64,000 bases of DNA from Candidatus Aminicenantes bacterium (lineage in GTDB: Bacteria; Acidobacteriota; Aminicenantia; Aminicenantales; Saccharicenantaceae), in contig CAVTOI010000003.1 in NCBI GenBank assembly GCA_963736255.1, positions 1,684,400 to 1,748,399 of the forward strand. The letters run 5' to 3'. Positions 19,875 through 29,034 of the stretch are shown here, one piece after another. Within the stretch, counting starts at the first letter, position 1; each line of letters opens with the position of its first letter. Under the pieces are notes generated by a model that saw nothing but the letters and a program-made list of their open reading frames with translations, made no database searches and was not told the DNA's origin. The position numbers and the translations under genes were made by a program.

Positions 19875-19979
19875 GGTGTCCTCCTATTGAGATCGGTATC
19901 GACGCTCCCCTACCTTAAACAAAAGCGTCAGGACGGTCAAGGCTTGGCCGCGGCGAGGCGTCTGTCCTCTTGGGGCCGC

Positions 19980-20008
19980 TTGAAATGCCGGGACGTCGCG
20001 CGTATAAT
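19980..20008 (+). promoter_or_regulatory. sigma70-type promoter of pfk (TTGAAA, 17-nt spacer, TATAAT)
   Basis: TTGAAA at 19980-19985 and TATAAT at 20003-20008, about 48 nt upstream of the pfk ATG. Confidence 0.6.
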
Positions 20009-20055
20009 TTTTGGGACTTCACGGAGACGATGGACAAAGATCGGAGGTCCCCACC

Positions 20056-21084
20056 ATGAGAGTCGGCATCCTGACCGGGGGCGGCGATTGCCCCGGGCTC
20101 AACGCGGTCATCCGCGCCGTAACGCGCAAGGGCATCGTCTACTACGGTTTCGACATCCTGGGCATCAAGAACGGCTGGCTGGGCCTCATCGAGGGCAAGA
20201 TCTACCCTCTCGATCTCAACGCCATCTCCGGCATCCTGCCGCGCGGCGGCACCATCCTCGGCACGTCCCGCACCAACCCCTTCAAGGTCGAGGACGGGGT
20301 CGGAAAGATATTCTCCCAGGTCGAGAAGTTCGAGCTCGACGCCATCATCGCCATCGGGGGCGAGGACACGCTGGGCGTCGCCAAGAAGCTCTATGAAAAG
20401 GGCCTGCGGTGCCTCGGTGTCCCCAAGACGATCGACAACGACCTTTCGGGAACGGACTACACCTTCGGATTCGACACCGCCGTCTCCGTCGTGGCCGAGG
20501 CGCTCGACCGGCTCCACACGACGGCCGAGGCCCATCACCGGGTCATGGTCGTCGAGGTCATGGGGCGGCACGCCGGCTGGATCGCCATCGAAGGCGGCCT
20601 CGCCGGAGGGGCCGACATCATCCTCATCCCCGAGTTCCCTTTCGATCTCGACGAGATCTGCGCCCAGATCCAGAAGCGCCGGGAGCGCGGCAAGCTTTTC
20701 AGCATCGTCGTCGTGGCCGAGGGGGCCAACCCCAAGGACGCGAGCCTCATCCTCCAGTCGGGAGAGAAGGACGCCTTCGGGCACGTCCGCTTGGGCGGGA
20801 TAGGCAACATGATCGCCCGTGAGATCGAGATGCGCACGGCCATCGACACGCGGGTGACGGTCCTCGGCCACGTCCAGCGGGGCGGCTCGCCGACGGCCTT
20901 CGACCGCATTCTCGCCACCCGCTACGGGATCGCCGCGATCGATCTCGTCAAGGAAGAGAAGTTCGGCTTCATGGTCGGCCTGCGGGGCAACCGCATCGTG
21001 ACGGTCCCCCTCGAGGAGGCCCTGGCCCAGCCGAAGACCGTCGACGCCGAGCTCTACGAGATGGCCAAGGTCTTTTTCGGCTAG
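20056..21084 (+). CDS. pfkA: 6-phosphofructokinase (ATP- or PPi-dependent)
   Basis: MRVGILTGGGDCPGLNAVIRAV... the canonical PFK N-terminus, plus the GGDGS-type and MGR motifs; RBS GGAGG. Confidence 0.9.
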   Translation: MRVGILTGGGDCPGLNAVIRAVTRKGIVYYGFDILGIKNGWLGLIEGKIYPLDLNAISGILPRGGTILGTSRTNPFKVEDGVGKIFSQVEKFELDAIIAIGGEDTLGVAKKLYEKGLRCLGVPKTIDNDLSGTDYTFGFDTAVSVVAEALDRLHTTAEAHHRVMVVEVMGRHAGWIAIEGGLAGGADIILIPEFPFDLDEICAQIQKRRERGKLFSIVVVAEGANPKDASLILQSGEKDAFGHVRLGGIGNMIAREIEMRTAIDTRVTVLGHVQRGGSPTAFDRILATRYGIAAIDLVKEEKFGFMVGLRGNRIVTVPLEEALAQPKTVDAELYEMAKVFFG

Positions 21085-21190
21085 CACCCGCCGGCCCGAA
21101 AAGAGTTGATCTTAAAAGAGTTGGACGCGCCAAGGGATTGACATCCCGGCACGGGCGTGTTAGGCTCCCCTCGCAAGGAGGCCCAGGACC

Positions 21191-22051
21191 ATGACCAGGA
21201 AGCTCGCGTCGCTTTTTGCCCTATTCCTCCTCGTCGGGACCTCCGGTTCTCTCGCCGCGGCCGACATCCGGTTCGAGCTCGGCTTCGGCTGGACCCTGGT
21301 CGCTCCGACCATGAACGCGACCTACGTCAACCAATACCAGCCGACGCTCACACCCCTGGACCGCTACATCGCCAGCGCCGCAGACCAGACGGTCCGTTTC
21401 AAGGCCAAGACGACCTACGGCATGAACGGGTTTTTCAATGTCCTGTTCACGGAGAACGTCGGGCTTCAGGTCCTCGCGGACTACCATCGTCCGGGCATCG
21501 GCGGCTCGAACGCGCCCTATCTCATCGAAATGCAGTTCCGGACCTTCGGTGACACGGTCGAGACGTATGCCCGGTCAGTCCCCTGGGACAACTCGGTCGG
21601 GAATCTCACCGAGACGACGTTCAGTCTCAACGCCCTGGCCCGCTTCCGCGTCGCCGACACGCTCTCGCTGAGCGTTTCGGCCGGGCCGAGCGTTTTCCAT
21701 TTCGAAGGCAAGACCGGCCACATCGGCTACACCTACTTCGACCTCGCCCTCGTCGGAGAGCAGTATCAGCTGACCGGCGGGACCTATCGCATGGTCGTCG
21801 AATTCGGCCCGCAGACGAAGTACGGCATGAACGTGGGCGTCGAGGCGGCCTACGAGGCCTTCCGCCACGTCATCCTGGCCCTCGACCTGCGCTGGTACGG
21901 CGCCGCCAAGACGAACCTGCCGCTCCACATCGTCGAAGACGATATCATCACGGTCCCCCTCGACCAGATCGAGCAGACGATCGGCCTGGGGGGCTTGAGC
22001 GTGAATCCGTCCTATATCCGGGCTGGACTGGCCCTCCGCTTCGTCTTCTAG
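21191..22051 (+). CDS. outer-membrane beta-barrel protein
   Basis: Signal peptide, alternating amphipathic strands and a C-terminal Phe (...ALRFVF); preceded by TTGACA..TAGGCT and an AAGGAGG RBS. Confidence 0.65.
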   Translation: MTRKLASLFALFLLVGTSGSLAAADIRFELGFGWTLVAPTMNATYVNQYQPTLTPLDRYIASAADQTVRFKAKTTYGMNGFFNVLFTENVGLQVLADYHRPGIGGSNAPYLIEMQFRTFGDTVETYARSVPWDNSVGNLTETTFSLNALARFRVADTLSLSVSAGPSVFHFEGKTGHIGYTYFDLALVGEQYQLTGGTYRMVVEFGPQTKYGMNVGVEAAYEAFRHVILALDLRWYGAAKTNLPLHIVEDDIITVPLDQIEQTIGLGGLSVNPSYIRAGLALRFVF

Positions 22052-24428
22052 CCTGGCCATTCATAAAAACGCCGGTTTTCTCTGTAAACAGAAGATCCAA
22101 GACCGGCGTTTTTACCCTTCGGGCAAGCCGATCCGGCGCATCGCTCGGCAAGGGTCCAGTCCGGTCGCCCCGCCGGAGCCGGAGGGAGTTGCTCACGACG
22201 GAGACAGAGCTCATGGCCATGGCCGCCGAAGCGATCATGGGATTGAGCAGCACCCCGAAGAACGGATAGAGCGCTCCCGCGGCCACCGGGATGCCGACGA
22301 CGTTATAGACGAAGGCCCAAAACAGGTTCTGCCGGATGGTCCGGATGGTCCGCCGGCTGAGCTCGACGGCGGCGACGACATTCCCCAGGTCCCCCGAGAT
22401 GAGGGTGATGTCCGCCGAGGCCATGGCCACATCTGTGCCCGTCCCGAGAGCGAGGCCGACGTCGGCCTGGGCGAGGGCCGGGGCGTCGTTGATGCCGTCG
22501 CCGACCATGGCCACGCGCCGCCCCTCGGACTGGAGAGCGCGGATGACCGCGGCTTTCTCCCCGGGCAGGACCTCGGCCCGAACCTCCTCGATGCCGGCTT
22601 CGGCGGCAAGAGCCCGCGCCGTCGGGGCGTTGTCCCCTGTCAACATGACCACGCGCCGTCCGGATCCGCGGAGACTATCGACCGCGTCGCGGGCGCCCGG
22701 CTTGAGCGTATCGGCCAGGGCCAGGAGACCGGCGGCCCGGCCGTCGACGGCGACGAAGGCGACGGTCTTCCCCTCCCCGGCCAGCCGTCCGGCAGGCCCG
22801 GTCAGCGCCGATATATCGATGCTCTCGGCCTCGGCGAGCCTGCGGCTGCCCACGAGGACCCGCCTTCCTCGGACAACGCCTTCGACCCCCATTCCTTCGA
22901 GGGCCCGGAAATCCGCCGCGGTCTCGACGGAGAATCCTTCGGCGCGGGCCCTGCGGACGACGGCCTGGCCGAGCGGGTGTTCGGACCCGTTCTCGACGGA
23001 AGCGGCCAGCGAAAGCAGCGTCTCGCGCTCTGTGCCGACGACCGGCAGGACATCGGTCGTCTCGGGCCGGCCGTTGGTCAGCGTCCCCGTCTTGTCGAAG
23101 ACGAACGTGTCGACCTTGTGGACGGTCTCGAGGCTCTCGCCGCTCCGGATCAGGATGCCCCGCTCGGCGCCCCGCCCCGTCGCGACCATGATGGCAGTGG
23201 GAGTCGCCAGACCCATGGCGCAAGGGCAGGCGATGATAAGGACGGCCACGAAATTGAGCAGGGCAAAGACGAGGCGCGGCTCCGGCCCGAACAGCGCCCA
23301 GACGACGAATGTCAGGATGGAGATGGCGATGACGGCCGGAACGAACCGGGCCGCGATGACGTCCGCGAGTCTCTGGATGGGCGCTTTGGAGCCCTGCGCT
23401 TCCTCGACCAGCCGGATGATCCTGGCCAACGCGGTGTCCTCGCCGACGCGGACGGCCCGGAAGCGGAAGCTCCCCCACTTGTTGAGAGTGGCCCCGACGA
23501 CCTCCTCCCCTGGCCCCTTGTCGATCGGCAGGCTTTCGCCGGTGATCATGGATTCATCAACGGACGAGCGTCCCTCGAGAATGACGCCGTCGACGGGGAC
23601 CTTCTCCCCCGGACGGACGACGAGGACGTCACCGGGGCGGACCTCTTCGACGGGAACTTCGCGCTCGATTTCCTTGTCCAGGATATGGGCCGTCCGCGGC
23701 CGCAAGCCCATGAGCCGGCGGATGGCGTCGGAGGTCTTGCCCTTGGCCCCGGCCTCGAGCATGCGTCCGAAGAGGACGAGGACGATGATGACGGCCGAAG
23801 TGTCGAAATAGACCTGGGGCTCGACCCCGGCCCCCCGGAAGAACCCGGGCATGACAGTGGCCGCAACGCTGAAGAGATACGCGGCCGAGGTGCCCACCGC
23901 GACGAGCGTGTTCATGTTGGCCGCACCGTGCCTGAGAGCGCTCCAGGCGCCGCGATAGAACCGCAGGCCGAGCACGAACTGAACGGGCGTCGCCAGGGCC
24001 CAGAGGACGAAGAAATTCTGGAGGAGGGCCGGCATCCAGGGGAACCAATGCCGCATGCTGCCCAGGAAGATGACCAGGGCCAGCAGGCCGCCCCAGATGA
24101 CCGAGGTCCTGAGCGAGCGGTACTCCCGGGCCGCGCCGGCGCCGGCCTCCTCGACCGCCGCGGCGACCCCGTAACCGGCCTCCCGGATGACCCGGACGAG
24201 GTCGGCGCGAGAGGCGAGGCCCGGATCGAAAAAGACCGTGGCGCGAGCGGTGGCCAGATTGACGTTGGCCCGGCGCACGCCTTCGAGAGTCCTGAGGGCC
24301 TTCTCGACGTTGGCGGCGCAGCCCGCGCAGCTCATTCCGGTGATGGACAGGTCGACCCTGGAGGCCTCCTCGTCGCCCACCGCTCTCTTCCCGGCGTCCT
24401 GCCTATCGCTCATCCCCCCGCCTTTCAT
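21948..24428 (-). CDS. copA: copper-translocating P1B-type ATPase; the 3' end is probably over-extended
   Basis: HMA domain GMSCAGC, CPC, DKTGT, GDGIND. The ORF reads ~70 codons beyond the usual ...SNSLRLRR end, through the 22052-22116 terminator hairpin and 100 bp into the convergent OMP gene. A TAA in the +2 frame sits at the hairpin edge. Confidence 0.8.
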   Translation of the reverse strand: MKGGGMSDRQDAGKRAVGDEEASRVDLSITGMSCAGCAANVEKALRTLEGVRRANVNLATARATVFFDPGLASRADLVRVIREAGYGVAAAVEEAGAGAAREYRSLRTSVIWGGLLALVIFLGSMRHWFPWMPALLQNFFVLWALATPVQFVLGLRFYRGAWSALRHGAANMNTLVAVGTSAAYLFSVAATVMPGFFRGAGVEPQVYFDTSAVIIVLVLFGRMLEAGAKGKTSDAIRRLMGLRPRTAHILDKEIEREVPVEEVRPGDVLVVRPGEKVPVDGVILEGRSSVDESMITGESLPIDKGPGEEVVGATLNKWGSFRFRAVRVGEDTALARIIRLVEEAQGSKAPIQRLADVIAARFVPAVIAISILTFVVWALFGPEPRLVFALLNFVAVLIIACPCAMGLATPTAIMVATGRGAERGILIRSGESLETVHKVDTFVFDKTGTLTNGRPETTDVLPVVGTERETLLSLAASVENGSEHPLGQAVVRRARAEGFSVETAADFRALEGMGVEGVVRGRRVLVGSRRLAEAESIDISALTGPAGRLAGEGKTVAFVAVDGRAAGLLALADTLKPGARDAVDSLRGSGRRVVMLTGDNAPTARALAAEAGIEEVRAEVLPGEKAAVIRALQSEGRRVAMVGDGINDAPALAQADVGLALGTGTDVAMASADITLISGDLGNVVAAVELSRRTIRTIRQNLFWAFVYNVVGIPVAAGALYPFFGVLLNPMIASAAMAMSSVSVVSNSLRLRRGDRTGPLPSDAPDRLARRVKTPVLDLLFTEKTGVFMNGQARRRSGGPVQPGYRTDSRSSPPGRSSARSGRGGP
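22052..22116 (+). terminator. hairpin terminator (AAAAACGCCGGTTTT ... AAGACCGGCGTTTTT followed by a T-run) that contains the shared 3'-UTR element
   Basis: Inverted arms 22063-22077 and 22100-22115, then TTTTTA, immediately after the OMP stop codon. Confidence 0.6.
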
Positions 24429-24473
24429 TTCTTTATCGCCTGAAACGGAATCCCGCCTCTCCGGAATTCGCGA

Positions 24474-24707
24474 TCAGACGTCGATCCGGGTCGTTCCGCC
24501 TTTCTTGCCGGGCTCCTTCGTCGAGATCCCGAAGGGCCTGTAAACCGGGCAGAACCCGACAAATGTCGTGATGACGAAGATCGCCGCGATGATGGCCAGG
24601 ATGATGGCCACGGTCCCCTTGAGGACCCCGACGACGAGCAGCACGGCGATGACGGCGGCCGCGGCGAGCCTGAGCGTCCTGTCCCAACGTCCCATATTTT
24701 GCTTCAT
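24474..24707 (-). CDS. DUF2892 (YgaP-like) small membrane protein
   Basis: MKQNMGRWDRTLR... two TM helices and a GFCPVY motif; RBS GGAGG; immediately upstream of copA. Confidence 0.65.
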   Translation of the reverse strand: MKQNMGRWDRTLRLAAAAVIAVLLVVGVLKGTVAIILAIIAAIFVITTFVGFCPVYRPFGISTKEPGKKGGTTRIDV

Positions 24708-24853
24708 GCCAGCCTCCTTTTTGTATCCCGAATTATAACGATATCTTGATTCTACCATAATCCCTACTCTTTCTGTAGGTTATCGCCGCAGCGGTTGCGC
24801 CTGTGGCCCCTTTGTGCTATTCTTTTGGGGCTCGAAAAGACAAGGAGATAAGC

Positions 24854-25609
24854 ATGTCCGGACATTCCAAGTGGGCGTCTATCAAGCATAAAAAGGCCGC
24901 GACCGATTCCAAGCGCGGCAAGATCTTCACCCGGCTGATCCGCGAGATCAGCATGGCCGCCCGGGCCGGCGGCGGGGACCCGGACAAGAACGCCAGTCTC
25001 CGCAAGGCCATGAACGACGCCAAGGCCGCGAACATGCCCGCCGACAACGTCAAGCGGGCCATCTTGAAGGGCACCGGCCAGCTCGAAGGCGCGGCCTTCG
25101 AGGAAGTCTCCTATGAGGGATACGGACCCGGCGGCGTCGCCATCTTCCTCCAGGCCGTGACCGACAACAAGAACCGGACCGTCTCGGAGATCCGCCACAT
25201 CTTCATGAAGAACGGCGGCCAGCTGAGCGAGAAGGGGTCCGTCGCCTGGATGTTCAAGCGCATGGGCTATATCGACGTCGAAAAGGCCAAGGCGTCGGAA
25301 GACATCCTCATGGACATCGCCCTCACCGCCGGCGCCGACGACCTCAAGGATGAAGGCTCCCTGTTCGAGGTCACCACCTCGCCCGAGAAGTACGAGGCCG
25401 TCCTCGAAGCCGTCAAGAAGGCCGAGATCGAGATCGCGACCTCGGAGGTCGGGTTCCTGCCGCAGAATTACGTCAAGGTCGAGGGCAAGGAAGCCCAGCA
25501 GGTCCTCCGGCTGATCGACGAGCTCGAAGAGCACGACGACGTCAATTCCGTGTCCGGCAACTTCGACATCTCGGACGAAGAGATCGCCACCTTCTCTCAG
25601 GCCGGGTGA
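24854..25609 (+). CDS. yebC: YebC/PmpR-family DNA-binding transcriptional regulator
   Basis: MSGHSKWASIKHKKA... the canonical N-terminus; RBS AAGGAG. Confidence 0.9.
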   Translation: MSGHSKWASIKHKKAATDSKRGKIFTRLIREISMAARAGGGDPDKNASLRKAMNDAKAANMPADNVKRAILKGTGQLEGAAFEEVSYEGYGPGGVAIFLQAVTDNKNRTVSEIRHIFMKNGGQLSEKGSVAWMFKRMGYIDVEKAKASEDILMDIALTAGADDLKDEGSLFEVTTSPEKYEAVLEAVKKAEIEIATSEVGFLPQNYVKVEGKEAQQVLRLIDELEEHDDVNSVSGNFDISDEEIATFSQAG

Positions 25610-25624
25610 CCCCCGGCGTATGCC

Positions 25625-26128
25625 ATGCGGGTCCTCGGCATCGATCCCAGCCTCCAGTCCACGGGGTTCGGGATCGTCGAGGAACAGAACGGCCGCCTCC
25701 TCCCCGTCGCCTTCGGCGTCATCAAGCCGACAGCCAAGCTCCCGCTTCATCTGAAGCTCGCCGAGATCAAGAGCGAGCTCGAGGAGCTCATCCGGACCTA
25801 CAGCCCGGAGGAAGCCTCGATCGAGAATGCGTTCTACGCCCAGAACATGAAGACGGCCCTGCTTCTCGGACAGGTCCGTGGGGCGATCCTCGTCGCCGTG
25901 GCCGCGACGGGCTGCGGCCTGGCCGAGTACTCCGCCCTCGAGATCAAGAAGGCCGTCACGGGCTACGGCCAGGCGGACAAAGAGCAGGTCCTGACCATGG
26001 TCCGCTCGCTCCTCGGCCTCGACGACGACCGGATCCCGCTCGATGCCTCGGACGCCCTGGCCACCGCCATTTGCCACCTCAATTGCCGCCTGTACCAGGC
26101 CAAGATCGCAGATAAGGACCCGACATGA
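25625..26128 (+). CDS. ruvC: crossover junction endodeoxyribonuclease RuvC
   Basis: MRVLGIDPSL...; 167 aa. Confidence 0.9.
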   Translation: MRVLGIDPSLQSTGFGIVEEQNGRLLPVAFGVIKPTAKLPLHLKLAEIKSELEELIRTYSPEEASIENAFYAQNMKTALLLGQVRGAILVAVAATGCGLAEYSALEIKKAVTGYGQADKEQVLTMVRSLLGLDDDRIPLDASDALATAICHLNCRLYQAKIADKDPT

Positions 26129-26712
26129 TCGCCTACCTCAAGGGGACCCTCATCGACAAGACTCCGGGACGCGTCGTCATCGACACCGGAGGCGTCGGCT
26201 ATACCGCGGCCATCCCCATATCGTCCTTCGTCCATCTGGGCGAGCTCGGCGGGACGGTCGAGCTCTTCATCCACACCCATCTCTCCGACGACGCCCTGGC
26301 CCTCTACGGTTTCGTCTCGCACGAAGAGAAGGACATGTTCCTCAAGCTCATCGGCATCTCGGGGATCGGGCCCAAGCTGGCGCTGAACATCCTTTCGGGC
26401 ATCGCGCCGGCGGACCTCGAGGACGCGGTCCGGGCAAGCGACCTGGCCCGGATCTCTCTCGTGCCCGGGATCGGCAAGAAGACAGCCCTGCGCATCACCA
26501 TGGAGCTCCAGGACAAGCTGGAGAAGAAGGAGAAGCTCTTGGCGGGCCAAGGCACGCCCGAGAAAGAGGACCTTCTCTCGGCCCTCCAGAACATGGGCTT
26601 CCGGCGCAAGGAGGCCGAGCGGGCCGTCGACCAGACGCTCGCCGCCCTCAAGCCGGGCACGGAGTTCGAGAAGCTCCTTCGCGACAGCTTGACGCGCCTG
26701 GCTAAACTTTAG
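26125..26712 (+). CDS. ruvA: Holliday junction DNA helicase RuvA
   Basis: MIAYLKGTL... with an HhH pair; overlaps ruvC by 4 bp. Confidence 0.9.
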   Translation: MIAYLKGTLIDKTPGRVVIDTGGVGYTAAIPISSFVHLGELGGTVELFIHTHLSDDALALYGFVSHEEKDMFLKLIGISGIGPKLALNILSGIAPADLEDAVRASDLARISLVPGIGKKTALRITMELQDKLEKKEKLLAGQGTPEKEDLLSALQNMGFRRKEAERAVDQTLAALKPGTEFEKLLRDSLTRLAKL

Positions 26713-26894
26713 ACTCATCATCCGTTTTTGGGCCGTCCGTCTATCGGCTGCGCAACGGATATCGCTCCTTGCCCCCGCGCCCCGGAAACCTCCTTATACG
26801 GTTTCCCCCGCCTTCGGCGGGTCCCCCTTCCCTCACGGGGGCCTTGGAGCGACATCCGTCGCCGCCTCACGACGGACTTGCCCAAAAACAAGAG

Positions 26895-27962
26895 ATGAGT
26901 AGAATAACAGCGATGCCCGCCATTCTCAGCCCGATCAGGACGAAAGAGGATATCCTCTTCGAGGACAGCCTCCGTCCGAGGACATTCGACGAGTTCGTCG
27001 GCCAGGAAAAGGTCAAGGCGAACTTGCGGGTTTTCATCGAGGCGGCCAGGAAGCGCGACGAGCACCTCGACCACGTCCTCCTCTACGGGCCGCCGGGATT
27101 GGGCAAGACAAGCCTCGCCTACCTCATCGCCAAGGAGATGGGCGTCGGCATCAAGCCCACGGCGGGGCCGGTCATCGAGCGGACCGGCGACCTCTCGGCC
27201 ATCCTGACCAACATGCAGACCAAAGAGGTCCTGTTCATCGACGAGATCCACCGCCTCCAGCCCTCGATCGAGGAGATCCTCTACTCGGCCATGGAGGATT
27301 TCAGCCTGGACATCCTCATCGGCCAGGGACCGGGCGCGCGCAGCCACAAGCTCAAGATCAAAAAGTTCACTCTGATCGGGGCGACGACGCGGGCCGGGCG
27401 CATTACGGCCCCCCTGAGGGGCCGGTTCGGCATCATCCACCGCCTCGACTACTACCAGGATGAGGACCTGAAGAAAGTCATCCAGCGCTCGGCCCAGATC
27501 CTCAAGGTCAAGGTCGATGACGCCGGCGCCGGCGAGATCGCCTTGCGGTCACGGGGGACGCCGCGCGTCGCCAACCGCCTGCTGCGCCGCGTCCGCGATT
27601 ACGTTGACGTCAAGGGCGACGGCGTCATAACGGCCAAGGAGGCCCAGCGGGCCCTGGACATGATGGAGGTGGACGCCCTGGGCCTCGACGACGTCGACCG
27701 CAAGATCCTCTCGACCATCATCGAGAACTTCGGCGGCGGGCCGGTCGGGATCGGCACGATCGCCGCGGCCATCGACGAGGAGAAGGACACGATCGAGAGC
27801 ATCTACGAGCCCTTCCTCATGCGCATCGGCTTCCTCGACCGGACGATCCGGGGCCGGGTCATCACGCCGCGGGCCTACGCCCACCTAGGCTATGACCACC
27901 GCGAGCCTGGCACGCGCGGCAAAGCCAAGCCCGACGGGCAGAAGAAGCTGTTCAAGGACTGA
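26895..27962 (+). CDS. ruvB: Holliday junction DNA helicase RuvB
   Basis: Walker [12 protein letters not shown]; start taken at MSRITAM (ATG at 26895). Confidence 0.9.
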   Translation: MSRITAMPAILSPIRTKEDILFEDSLRPRTFDEFVGQEKVKANLRVFIEAARKRDEHLDHVLLYGPPGLGKTSLAYLIAKEMGVGIKPTAGPVIERTGDLSAILTNMQTKEVLFIDEIHRLQPSIEEILYSAMEDFSLDILIGQGPGARSHKLKIKKFTLIGATTRAGRITAPLRGRFGIIHRLDYYQDEDLKKVIQRSAQILKVKVDDAGAGEIALRSRGTPRVANRLLRRVRDYVDVKGDGVITAKEAQRALDMMEVDALGLDDVDRKILSTIIENFGGGPVGIGTIAAAIDEEKDTIESIYEPFLMRIGFLDRTIRGRVITPRAYAHLGYDHREPGTRGKAKPDGQKKLFKD

Positions 27963-27981
27963 GAAAGCCCCCCGACCGGCC

Positions 27982-29031
27982 ATGACCTCCGGCAAACCCC
28001 TTCGCGTCTCGGATTTCGACTACGATCTCCCTCCGGAGCTCATCGCCCAACATCCCCTCCCCCATCGCGACGACTCGCGCATGATGATCGTCGACCGGAA
28101 CGCCGGCACGATCCGGCACGGCCGGTTCCGCGAGTTCGCCGATCACATGGACCCCGGCGGCCTTTTGGTCCTCAATGACACCCGCGTCCTGCCGGCCAGG
28201 CTCTGGGGCACGAGCGGCGAGGCCAAGATAGAATTTCTTTTCATCCGCGAGGCCGGCCCGGGGGTTTGGGAGGTCCTCTGCCGGCCGGCGAAAAGGGTCC
28301 ACGAAGGCGGCGCCGTCCGCTTCGCCGTCGGCGTCTCAGCCCGAGTGGCGGCAACCGGAGACGAGGGCCGTCGCATTCTCGATTTCGGAAGGATCGATGT
28401 CCGCGCCCTTCTCCACGAAGCCGGCTATGCCCCCTTGCCTCCCTACATCAAACGCGCCAGGCAAGACGAAAGCGCGAGGCCGGAGGACATCGACCGGTAC
28501 CAAACTGTCTTTGCCAGGAAGGAAGGCGCGATAGCCGCGCCGACCGCGGGCCTTCACTTCACTGAAAAAGTCCTGCGCGGACTCAAGGCCAAAGGCGTCG
28601 ACGTCCGGCGCGTCACGCTCGACGTCGGCCTGGCCACCTTCCACCCCGTCCGTGTGGATCTCGTCGAAGACCACAGGATGCTCGGAGAGACCTACGGCAT
28701 CGCGCCGTCCGCGGCCAAGGCCATCGACGCCGCGAAGTCCGAAGGCCGGCCCGTCACGGCCGTCGGCACTACAGTCGTGCGGGCGCTCGAAAGCGCCTGG
28801 TGGGAGGGCAGAATCCGCTCGGGCCGGCGATCGACGTCCCTCTTCATCCGCCCGGGATCCGAGTTCCATGTCGTCGACCGCCTGCTGACGAACTTCCACC
28901 TGCCCCGATCGACCCTGCTGATGCTCGTTTCCGCCTTCGCCGGCTACGACCTCGTCATGCGGGCCTACCGCGAGGCGGTCAAGGAGCGCTACCGCTTCTT
29001 CTCCTACGGCGACTGCATGCTTCTGATCTGA
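27982..29031 (+). CDS. queA: S-adenosylmethionine:tRNA ribosyltransferase-isomerase
   Basis: MTSGKPLRVSDFDYDLPPELIAQ... a canonical QueA start. Confidence 0.9.
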   Translation: MTSGKPLRVSDFDYDLPPELIAQHPLPHRDDSRMMIVDRNAGTIRHGRFREFADHMDPGGLLVLNDTRVLPARLWGTSGEAKIEFLFIREAGPGVWEVLCRPAKRVHEGGAVRFAVGVSARVAATGDEGRRILDFGRIDVRALLHEAGYAPLPPYIKRARQDESARPEDIDRYQTVFARKEGAIAAPTAGLHFTEKVLRGLKAKGVDVRRVTLDVGLATFHPVRVDLVEDHRMLGETYGIAPSAAKAIDAAKSEGRPVTAVGTTVVRALESAWWEGRIRSGRRSTSLFIRPGSEFHVVDRLLTNFHLPRSTLLMLVSAFAGYDLVMRAYREAVKERYRFFSYGDCMLLI

Positions 29032-29034
29032 CCG

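Noticed and set aside
26713-26894. Structured element between ruvA and ruvB (CCCGCCTTCGGCGGG and CCCTCACGGGG hairpins)
   Set aside because: These are short GC hairpins without a U-tract or conserved flanks. They are most likely an ordinary intercistronic structure, and there is not enough evidence to call a regulatory RNA.
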